Assembly: GCA_964610975.1 (NCBI GenBank)
Contig: CAZSYN010000003.1
Span: 195,955 to 259,954 of the forward strand
Direction of reading: 5' to 3'
DNA: 64,000 nt
Origin: an uncultured Phycisphaeraceae bacterium
Lineage (GTDB): Bacteria; Planctomycetota; Phycisphaerae; WQYP01
Positions 9,878 to 17,949 of this stretch are shown piece by piece. Both the position numbers and the translations under genes were made by a program. Under the pieces are notes generated by a model. It was not told where the DNA came from. It saw only the letters and a list, made by a program, of their open reading frames with translations, and made no database searches. Position 1 is the first letter of the stretch, and each line of letters opens with the position of its first letter.

Positions 9878-10396
9878 TTACTCCGCAACATCAAGCCGAT
9901 GTGCGCAGATCATGGTGTCGGCCGGGCGCGGGCCTATCATGTGAACGTTGATGATATCGGTAAGGCCGGCGGCGCGATAGAGGCGCGCGATGTGGCCGCC
10001 CCATTTAAGCTGGCGGGTGATGTTGTCCTCAATGGCCGAATGCTGATGCGCGGTCAACAGTTTTTGATGCGTATAGTCCCAGCGCGGATCAAGCCGAATC
10101 AGGATATTAAACTCAGACCAGTCCATGTCATATCCCTGTAGTTTGCCGGAACGGGAATGCGGCGTGTGAAACCAATAGCAAAGGTAGCGGTCTTTTACCA
10201 GAATGCCGCTGCCGGCCTGTCCGCCACGGAACATCTGCGCGTGCTCAAGCGTGATTGACGGATGATCCGGCTGATTGCGCGCGGCAAAAGCCTCGCGCGT
10301 GGTGACGTTATAAACGCCCACATGCGCGTAACCAAAAGGCAGGCGCGGCTCAATCAGGGATGAATCAAGATCAAGGAATTTACGCGGCATGGTCAC
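9878..10396 (-). CDS. Hypothetical protein
   Basis: 172-aa ORF immediately upstream (same strand) of apt. No family recognised. Confidence 0.5.
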   Translation of the reverse strand: MTMPRKFLDLDSSLIEPRLPFGYAHVGVYNVTTREAFAARNQPDHPSITLEHAQMFRGGQAGSGILVKDRYLCYWFHTPHSRSGKLQGYDMDWSEFNILIRLDPRWDYTHQKLLTAHQHSAIEDNITRQLKWGGHIARLYRAAGLTDIINVHMIGPRPADTMICAHRLDVAE

Positions 10397-10402
10397 CCGG
10401 CA

Positions 10403-10927
10403 TTACTCATGGTCATACTTCAGTATTGAATGCAATTTGTATTTCTCAAAATGCTGGCGGCCATTGAGGAAGCTCAGCTCAATGAGCACGGCGATGCCGA
10501 CAATGTCGCCGCCGAGGGATTCTACCATTTTGCAGCAAGCCTGCATCGTGCCGCCGGTGGCCAGCAGATCATCCACCATCAGGCATTTTTGTCCCGGGCG
10601 CACGGCGTCGCGATGAATCTCAAGCGTATCCTGGCCATATTCAAGATCGTATGTCAGGGCGAGTTTTGCGGCCGGGAGTTTGCCGGGTTTGCGAACGGGA
10701 ATAAATCCGCACGAAAGAGCCTGCGCCAGCGCCGTGCCGAAAATAAAGCCGCGCGACTCAGCGCCGATGACGGCCTCAATCTGCTGGCCACGGAACGGAT
10801 TTGCCAACAGTTCAACGGCCAGCGCCAAACCTGCGGGACTTTGCAGCAGCGGCGTGATGTCCTTAAAAACAATGCCCGGCTTGGGAAAATTCGGCACATC
10901 ACGAATAAGCTGGCGAAGTTCTGTCAC
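10403..10927 (-). CDS. apt: Adenine phosphoribosyltransferase
   Basis: 174 aa. IRDVPNFPKPGIVFKDITPLL and the PRPP-binding motif CLMVDDLLATGGT are canonical Apt. Confidence 0.95.
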   Translation of the reverse strand: MTELRQLIRDVPNFPKPGIVFKDITPLLQSPAGLALAVELLANPFRGQQIEAVIGAESRGFIFGTALAQALSCGFIPVRKPGKLPAAKLALTYDLEYGQDTLEIHRDAVRPGQKCLMVDDLLATGGTMQACCKMVESLGGDIVGIAVLIELSFLNGRQHFEKYKLHSILKYDHE

Positions 10928-11068
10928 AGGTCATCCTTTATGAAATAAGAACCGCGCCATTATAAACGGAATGACCCCAAAATAACATGCATGGCGCAAG
11001 CAACATCATCAGCATCATGATGTTACAGGCGAAAGGATAACTAAAAAGAGGAGCCTTTGCGCGGGCCG

Positions 11069-12538
11069 CTAAACCCATAACTTCATGCGCAGCCAGTTGA
11101 TGAGGGAGTGCGTCCAGATCCAGGCAAAACTGCGCCGGTCAATATCCACTTTGGCGACGCCGTTCATTCCCGGCTTCATCCACGCGGCAATGTCGGTATC
11201 GTTGAGTTTAACGCGCACCTTAAAGGTGTTCTGATTGCGCGTCATCTCGGCCATTGGCGTGATGCGCTCAACGGTAAAGCGGATATGTTTGGTCGGGAAG
11301 CTCGCGGCGGCAAGTTCACCAATTTGCCCGACTTTCAGATCAAGAATGTCTTCTTCGGCAACGGAAAGTTCGCCGCGAATGGCATCAAGGCGGCCGACTT
11401 CAAAGAGCGGCGTGCCAATTTCAAATTTAGCGCCGACGCGCTGTTCAAGATCACCCTTAAACACGACGCCCGTCAGCGGCGCACGAATGGCGGCGCTGCG
11501 GATCTGATATTCAAGAAGTTCAATTTCATGTTGAAGTTTTTGCGCCTGGTATTCGGCAACCTGTGCCTCGGCGGCCTTGCGGTCGCGCCGGGCGATATCG
11601 GCCTGACGCACATAACCAAGACGCTCGGCCTGCGAACTGGCAAGCCGGCTGCGCAATTCGGAAGTATCAAACTCAGCCAGAATGGTTGAGTCCGCGTCGT
11701 GTTGCGTAATAGGATCGCCAACTTTGACGTTCACACTTCTCAGAAAACCGTTAAATGGCGCGGCAAGAACGACTTTTTCCGTTGCTTCAAAAGTAAACGG
11801 AGCTTTAACGCGATATTCGCCCTTGACCACCAGAGAAAAAATCAGAAACGCCGCAACGCCAATAGCAATGAGCTTGGCCCACGTATACTTTGGGCCGACA
11901 ACAACAGAGCCCAGCTCGCGCGTTGAGCGCGCCCAGCGCGCGCCGAACCATCGGTCATAACGGTAAAGATCATCAAGACGCGCAGTCGTTAATTCGCAGA
12001 TGACGCGAAGAGCCTCAAGCTCAACGGGAGAAAAATGCTTTTGTAATTCGCGCTCAACGATGAGAACCGCCACGATGTCGCCATTGCGCCGCATCGGCAG
12101 CGCGGCCAGCGCAACATCACCCAGCAAAGCCAGGCTGCGCGTAACCTGCGTTGCGCCGGGCGGAGCAGGCAAAAGAATCTCAAGATCCTGATCAAGGCAT
12201 TCTTCCATTCCCGCCTCAAGATCCTGAACAATCTTCATGTGGCGGGTGAATTTTTCCGTATGCGACAGCGCCAGCAGCCGCACGCCATGATGCGAAGCAA
12301 AACCAAGCGAAACGCGCTGCGCGCCAAAACGCGCTGCGATTTGATTACAAAGAGCCATGGCGCAGGCCATGAGTTTTTGCGGCTCGTTCATGGTGGCCAC
12401 AAGCTCAAGAACCATGCGCAACTGCTCAAGATTGGCGATACGCTTTTGCAGTTCCGCCTGTAATTGAGCAAGCTGCGCCGGATCCATCATGATCTGCGGA
12501 GAGCGTGAACCCGGAGTTGTCAGAATGTTAAACGTCAT
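11069..12538 (-). CDS. GAF-domain / TM / HlyD-like periplasmic adaptor fusion protein
   Basis: 489 aa. The N-terminal roughly 190 aa look GAF-like (LMACAMALCNQIAARFGAQRVSLGF...GDIVAVLIVERE). One TM helix follows (WAKLIAIGVAAFLIFSLVV). The rest shows lipoyl/coiled-coil/beta-barrel adaptor features (VKVGDPITQHD...IRAPLTGVVFKGD). An ATGA overlap links it to the upstream adaptor gene. Confidence 0.8.
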   Translation of the reverse strand: MTFNILTTPGSRSPQIMMDPAQLAQLQAELQKRIANLEQLRMVLELVATMNEPQKLMACAMALCNQIAARFGAQRVSLGFASHHGVRLLALSHTEKFTRHMKIVQDLEAGMEECLDQDLEILLPAPPGATQVTRSLALLGDVALAALPMRRNGDIVAVLIVERELQKHFSPVELEALRVICELTTARLDDLYRYDRWFGARWARSTRELGSVVVGPKYTWAKLIAIGVAAFLIFSLVVKGEYRVKAPFTFEATEKVVLAAPFNGFLRSVNVKVGDPITQHDADSTILAEFDTSELRSRLASSQAERLGYVRQADIARRDRKAAEAQVAEYQAQKLQHEIELLEYQIRSAAIRAPLTGVVFKGDLEQRVGAKFEIGTPLFEVGRLDAIRGELSVAEEDILDLKVGQIGELAAASFPTKHIRFTVERITPMAEMTRNQNTFKVRVKLNDTDIAAWMKPGMNGVAKVDIDRRSFAWIWTHSLINWLRMKLWV

Positions 12539-13371
12539 GGCAAAGCCTTGTCATTTGCTGCGGATTGAAGCGGAAACTGAACGGAAACCTGTTCGCCGGC
12601 GAGCCTGTGGCGCGGATTGGGAACCGTCAGGCGCACCATGACGGTTTCGGAAGCGGCATCGGCCACGGCGCCGACAAAAAGCACTTTAGCCTGCGTGGGC
12701 TGCTGATCTTCCGAAAAGAGTATTTCCGCGGTCTGCCCGGTCTTAACACGCCGGCCGAGAGAAATCGGCACCCAAGCCTCAACCCAAAGCGGGTCAATAT
12801 TTACAACGCGAATAACTTTGGTGCTGGCATTGCTGTCAACGCCCTCGCCGGTCTTGATGAAAATTTCTTCCACAAGGCCATCAAAAGGCGCAAGCAGCGA
12901 GCATTTTTCCAGAACGGCACGGGTCTGTTCGTATTTCAGAACGTCCTGTTCATGCGTCATAATGGTGATGGCAAGGCGTGCTTCTTCAACCACGGAATCA
13001 ACACGCGCGGCATCAACTTCAAACGGAGATGCGCCGCCGCGCTCGGCGGCCCAGAGCATTTTTTTATAATTGATCTGCTTCTGGTCGCGCACAGCTTCCT
13101 GCGCTTTAATGGCCGTGGTGTCTTTGGCTTTTGACTCGTCAATGGCGACCTGCGCGCGCTCTTCGCGATCATCAAGCTGAACCAGAAGTTGCCCGGCCTT
13201 TACGGTATCACCTTCTTTAACAACAATTTTGGCCACGCGCCCGGGCCGGCCGAAAGTCATGACGGCATCCAGACTGGGCTTACTGATGCCCTGAGTTGCC
13301 TGCGGAACCTGCCCAAAAGCAATTGCGCTTAGTGATAATGCGAGCAAACCTATACAGCGGAGTTTTATCAT
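12535..13371 (-). CDS. HlyD/MFP-family periplasmic adaptor with signal peptide
   Basis: 278 aa. Signal peptide MIKLRCIGLLALSLSAIAFGQ. The lipoyl hairpin is GRVAKIVVKEGDTVKAGQLLVQLDD ... LLAPFDGLVEEIFIKTGE. Confidence 0.8.
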   Translation of the reverse strand: MIKLRCIGLLALSLSAIAFGQVPQATQGISKPSLDAVMTFGRPGRVAKIVVKEGDTVKAGQLLVQLDDREERAQVAIDESKAKDTTAIKAQEAVRDQKQINYKKMLWAAERGGASPFEVDAARVDSVVEEARLAITIMTHEQDVLKYEQTRAVLEKCSLLAPFDGLVEEIFIKTGEGVDSNASTKVIRVVNIDPLWVEAWVPISLGRRVKTGQTAEILFSEDQQPTQAKVLFVGAVADAASETVMVRLTVPNPRHRLAGEQVSVQFPLQSAANDKALP

Positions 13372-13571
13372 CGTGAGACTTGCCCAAAAAGGAAAACGAC
13401 ATCATGATCGGACATACTACAGTAAGGACTCACAGACTCAATAAGTATCGCATGAAGTACATATAAAAGCCACACTCAGTTTTATTTTAGTAAGCAGGAT
13501 AAAAAAAGCATACCGCCACTACTTGCGCCGCGCCATTTCAGGTACCATAAGGAACTTGGGAGATCAACAAC

Positions 13572-15800
13572 ATGGCATCCGTGAGACCTACATTTCATGA
13601 ATCATGGTACCGCGTGGCGGGCATACATCCACGGCTGCGGCCGCAGGTGCAAACGTCGCGGCAGATTTACCGCGGCCAGCAGTGGTACGTGGTTCAGGAT
13701 CACACGAATAATGCGTTTTTCCGAATCTCCCTGCCGGCCTACCGATTTCTGGCTATTCTTGACGGCCAGCGCACAGTGGATGAGGCATGGCAGGCCTGCA
13801 ACGAAACCATGGGCGATGACGCGCTGACGCAGGGCGAAGTCATTCAGCTTCTGGGCCAGCTTTATACCTCGAATTTGCTGCAAGCGGATGTGCCGCCTGA
13901 TGCTCACCTGCTCTTTGCGCGCTATCAGCAGCGCCGCCAGCGCGAGGTTCAAAATTACCTCATGAGCATTCTTTTTGCCCGCATACCATTGTGGGATCCG
14001 GATGCGCTGCTCAACCGATGGCTGCCGGTTCTCGGGTGGATTTTTTCGCGATGGGGTATTGCGATCTGGGCCGCGCTGTTCGGATACGCCATTTACGAAA
14101 TCACAGCTCTGCCGGGCTTTGCGGAAAAATTAGCCGCCGGCCCCAGCACGGTATTTAATCCCAGCAACATACCTCTGCTGTACACGTGTTTTGCATTGAT
14201 CAAGTTCTGCCACGAAATGGGCCACGCGATCAGTTGTAAAAAATTTGGTGTTGAACAAGGCACCGGCGGCGAAGTTCACGTCATGGGCATCATGCTCTTT
14301 TTCTTTTCGCCTATTCCTTATGTTGATGCATCAAGTTCATGGTCGCTGAAAAGCAAATGGAAAAGAATTGTGGTCGGCGCCGGCGGCATGTGGGTTGAGC
14401 TGGCCATCGCGGCCGTGGCCGCGATCGTCTGGGCGCGCACGGGCGAAAGTACGCTGCATCAGGTCTGCTATAACGTGATGTTTATCGCGTCAGTATCAAC
14501 GATTATCTTCAACGCAAACCCGCTGTTGCGATATGACGGATACTACATGCTTTCGGATCTTCTTGAGATTCCGAACTTAATGCAGCGCAGCCGCGATGCG
14601 TTTTTTTACATTATCACGCACGGGATCTGGAAAGTTGAGAACAAGCTGAATCCTTTTCAGCGGACGTCTGATATATGGGTATTGCCCACATATGCCATTG
14701 GCGCGTTTATCATGCGCTGCGTCGTATCGCTGAGTATTCTGAATTACCTGGCCAATACGCTGGCAGGACCGTTGCTGATCCTGGCGGCCATCATGGCGCT
14801 GATGGGCGTTGTCACGTGGGTGATTGTGCCGTGCGCAAGGTTTGTGCGTTACCTTGCGACATCTCCGGAACTCTCACGCACACGCACATTGGCAATCACG
14901 ACGACATGCTTGAGCCTCATGGTATTAACCGTGCTCATCGGACTGATACCAGTGCCGCATCATGAACGAGCACAGGGCGTTGTTGAATCGCGCGATATGC
15001 CGGAAGTTACGGCCGGCGCCGATGGTTTTCTGGCTTATCTTCCTGTTGAGCAAAACACCAACGAAGCCATTGAGAATGTCACCAAAAATCTGACGGTGAT
15101 CATACGCCAGGAAAACAGAGAACTTTTGGCGCAGCGCGCATCACTTGAATCCGAAAAACAAAAGGCCATTCTGCAACGCAATATGTCACTGCTACAGGAT
15201 GCGGCCCGTGCGCGCATTTACGATGACCAGATTAAGGGACTCAATGAGGCCATCGCAATCTGCGATCAACAGATCAGCCAACTTTCCCTTGTAGCGCCGG
15301 CCACCGGGTACCTGGTTGCGCCGCAGATTGAATCGCGGCGCGGAAGTTATATTAAACGCGGTGAAAAAATAGGGTATGTGATTGATCAAAACAAACTGAT
15401 TGTCCGCGCGCTGGCCATGAACGACCTGGCAGGCGAAATTGATTCAGAAGCCAAAAATCAGGTTGAGATCCGGATTCAGGGTCGGCCGGATATCCTGCTC
15501 AAGGGACATATTGCCACGCATCACCCGGCCGGACAGGACCAGCTTCGCTGGCAGTCACTTGGTTTTGCCGCAGGCGGCGAAGTTGCCACGGACTCTCAGG
15601 ATCAGCACGGGCAACGAGCCATTGAAGATTTTTTTGAGTTTACCATTGATGACATTAAACCCGCAGACGCCGGAGCTCATTATCCGCCGTTACTGGCCGG
15701 GCAGCGCGTTATCGTGCGATTTGAACTCAAGCGTAAACCGATTGCCGTTCAGGTGTGGACCATGCTTTTACGCGTCATTCAAAAACGGTTTCAGGCGTGA
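13572..15800 (+). CDS. PqqD/RRE-like N-domain + M50 (site-2 protease family) membrane metalloprotease + HlyD-like C-terminal fusion protein
   Basis: 742 aa. It has the HExxH motif FCHEMGHAISC and a second S2P motif FNANPLLRYDGYY within a multi-TM core. The N-terminal region (QWYVVQDHTNNAFFRISLPAYRFLAILDGQRTVDEAWQ...GEVIQLLGQLYTSNLL) resembles PqqD/RiPP-recognition elements. The C-terminal third has a coiled coil plus beta-rich adaptor-like sequence. GGGAGA precedes the ATG. Confidence 0.8.
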   Translation: MASVRPTFHESWYRVAGIHPRLRPQVQTSRQIYRGQQWYVVQDHTNNAFFRISLPAYRFLAILDGQRTVDEAWQACNETMGDDALTQGEVIQLLGQLYTSNLLQADVPPDAHLLFARYQQRRQREVQNYLMSILFARIPLWDPDALLNRWLPVLGWIFSRWGIAIWAALFGYAIYEITALPGFAEKLAAGPSTVFNPSNIPLLYTCFALIKFCHEMGHAISCKKFGVEQGTGGEVHVMGIMLFFFSPIPYVDASSSWSLKSKWKRIVVGAGGMWVELAIAAVAAIVWARTGESTLHQVCYNVMFIASVSTIIFNANPLLRYDGYYMLSDLLEIPNLMQRSRDAFFYIITHGIWKVENKLNPFQRTSDIWVLPTYAIGAFIMRCVVSLSILNYLANTLAGPLLILAAIMALMGVVTWVIVPCARFVRYLATSPELSRTRTLAITTTCLSLMVLTVLIGLIPVPHHERAQGVVESRDMPEVTAGADGFLAYLPVEQNTNEAIENVTKNLTVIIRQENRELLAQRASLESEKQKAILQRNMSLLQDAARARIYDDQIKGLNEAIAICDQQISQLSLVAPATGYLVAPQIESRRGSYIKRGEKIGYVIDQNKLIVRALAMNDLAGEIDSEAKNQVEIRIQGRPDILLKGHIATHHPAGQDQLRWQSLGFAAGGEVATDSQDQHGQRAIEDFFEFTIDDIKPADAGAHYPPLLAGQRVIVRFELKRKPIAVQVWTMLLRVIQKRFQA

Positions 15801-17824
15801 ATGCACCATCCGCGACATCTTCTGTTGAATCACGCTCGCTTCAGTGGCGTTACCTGGCGAATCGCCAACCGCTTGATGAGCAGCCGAAAAATCTTGATGC
15901 ACTATGGCATAAAGCCACAGGCTTATTTTACAAATATCGCAGGCATACCAGCTATTACCTTGCGCTTGCCGAAAAAGTGATTGCCCAGGATGCGTCCGTC
16001 AGCGCGCTTACCGAAGCGAAGCTGCGCGGAGAAATTGATGATTTGCGGAATATTTTCCATTGCGGCCGACAAACGCAGGAACAAACAATCCGAGCCGCGG
16101 CATTAATTCGCGAAGCATCATCCCGCATTCGCGGACAAAAACATTATCCGGTTCAGATTACCGCGGCCCTTGCGCTGCTTGACGGATATATCGCAGAAAT
16201 GGCCACCGGCGAAGGTAAATCGCTGATGGCTACCATTCCGGCCATTCTTTTTGGCTGGCGCGGACAAGGCTGCCACGTCATGACGGTTAATGATTACCTG
16301 GCCGCGCGCGATGCGGAAGAAATGCAAAAGCTATACGCATTCTGCGGTCTCTCGTGCGCCTCCGTGACCGGTGAACTTAAGCCGGATGCCCGCCGCAGTG
16401 CCTATCAGGCTGATATTACCTACAGCACTAATAAAGAAACCTGTGCGGATTTTCTGCGGGATCGCCTTGCGCTGGGCCACAATCCGGGACTGGCCCCGAG
16501 CCTGTTGCGGCAAATCGCCGGCAATCGCCAGCCATCACAGATTGTCATGCGCGGACTGCATTACGCCATCATTGACGAAGCCGATTCCGTATTGATTGAC
16601 GAGGCTGTCACGCCGCTGATCATCTCTGGTGACGGCAATAACCCTGTACAGAAAGAAGTCTTTGAAAAGGCGGCCGAAATCGCCCGCGAAATGGAAATTG
16701 ACCGCGATTTTAAGCTGAATCTGCAATACCGCGAGATTGTGCTGACCCCTGCCGGCGAAGATCGCATTGACGAACTGTGCAAAAACCTCGGCGGCGTATG
16801 GCACGGACAACGCCGGCGCCGTGAATTTATTCAGCAGGCGCTTACCGCACGCACGCTGTTCCTTAAAGACAAGCATTATGTGGTGATCCCACACGGAGAA
16901 AAACAGGAAATCAAGGTCGTGATTGTGGATGAATTTACCGGCCGGCTCATGCCGGACCGCACTTGGCGCGACGGACTGCATCAGGCGATTGAGGCGAAGG
17001 AACGCATCACCGTTAATCCGCCAAAAGACACCTTTGCGCGGCTGTCATTTCAAAGATTTTTCCGTCATTACCATCACCTCTGCGGCATGACGGGTACCGC
17101 CGCGGAAGCATCAGGGGAATTTTGGAATATTTACCGCGCGCCGACGCTGAAGATTCCGACGCACCGCCCCTGCATCCGCCGGCAACTGCCGGAGAAAATT
17201 TTCCTGACTGATGAAGAAAAATGGCAAGCAGTGCTGACCACCATACAACAATTACATGCCACAGGCCGACCCGTGCTTATCGGCACGCGCAGCGTGGGCC
17301 AGTCCCAGATCATCAGCGGCATGCTCAAGGATATCAACCTGCCCCACCAGGTTCTTAACGCCGTATATCACGCGCAGGAAGCGCAAATCGTCGCGCAGGC
17401 CGGGCAGCCCGGACAAATCACGGTGGCAACCAATATGGCCGGGCGCGGTACGGATATCAAACTTGGCCGGGGTGTTTCGGAACTCGGCGGACTGCATGTT
17501 ATTGCCGTTGAGCGAAATGAACTTAAACGCGTTGATCGCCAGCTTTTCGGACGCGCCGGAAGACAGGGCGACCCCGGTAGCGCGGAAGTCTTTACCTCGC
17601 TTAAGGACGAAATACTCAACCGCTATATCCCGCGAATTTTCGTCCGAATTGCGCGTTTGACCGTCAGCAACAGAATGCCGTTTGCGCCGCGTATTGTGCG
17701 AATGTTGTGCTCTGTGGCACAATTCCGGGCTAAATCAATGGCTCAGCGCCAGCGCGCCGATGTTGCGCGTTCTGACGAATGGCTTGATCAATCACTGAGC
17801 TTCTCCGGCCCCAGCGCGGGATAA
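15797..17824 (+). CDS. SecA-like DEAD-motor ATPase lacking the C-terminal translocation domains
   Basis: SecA motifs present: MATGEGKSL (Walker A), IIDEADSVLIDEAVTPLIISG (DEAD box), TNMAGRGTDIKLG and GGLHVIAVERNELKRVDRQLFGRAGRQGDPGS. Only about 75 aa follow the last motif. I prefer the GTG at 15797, which forms a GTGA overlap with the M50 gene stop, over the track start at 15755. Confidence 0.85.
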   Translation: MNAPSATSSVESRSLQWRYLANRQPLDEQPKNLDALWHKATGLFYKYRRHTSYYLALAEKVIAQDASVSALTEAKLRGEIDDLRNIFHCGRQTQEQTIRAAALIREASSRIRGQKHYPVQITAALALLDGYIAEMATGEGKSLMATIPAILFGWRGQGCHVMTVNDYLAARDAEEMQKLYAFCGLSCASVTGELKPDARRSAYQADITYSTNKETCADFLRDRLALGHNPGLAPSLLRQIAGNRQPSQIVMRGLHYAIIDEADSVLIDEAVTPLIISGDGNNPVQKEVFEKAAEIAREMEIDRDFKLNLQYREIVLTPAGEDRIDELCKNLGGVWHGQRRRREFIQQALTARTLFLKDKHYVVIPHGEKQEIKVVIVDEFTGRLMPDRTWRDGLHQAIEAKERITVNPPKDTFARLSFQRFFRHYHHLCGMTGTAAEASGEFWNIYRAPTLKIPTHRPCIRRQLPEKIFLTDEEKWQAVLTTIQQLHATGRPVLIGTRSVGQSQIISGMLKDINLPHQVLNAVYHAQEAQIVAQAGQPGQITVATNMAGRGTDIKLGRGVSELGGLHVIAVERNELKRVDRQLFGRAGRQGDPGSAEVFTSLKDEILNRYIPRIFVRIARLTVSNRMPFAPRIVRMLCSVAQFRAKSMAQRQRADVARSDEWLDQSLSFSGPSAG

Positions 17825-17893
17825 CCCGCATTGCCTCCCCAGCCATTTTGCGCTCCGCCATCAAGCAAAACCTGATTTATCGCAAAAAAAGAA

Positions 17894-17923
17894 AGAACCC
17901 CGCACTCACCTGTGCGGGGTTCT
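17894..17923 (-). terminator. Intrinsic terminator of the giant minus-strand gene
   Basis: A perfect 12-bp stem (agaaccccgcac / gtgcggggttct) with a 6-nt loop. On the minus strand it is followed by tttctttttttg. Confidence 0.75.
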
Positions 17924-17949
17924 GATTGATGACTTTGTCAATATGCCGA

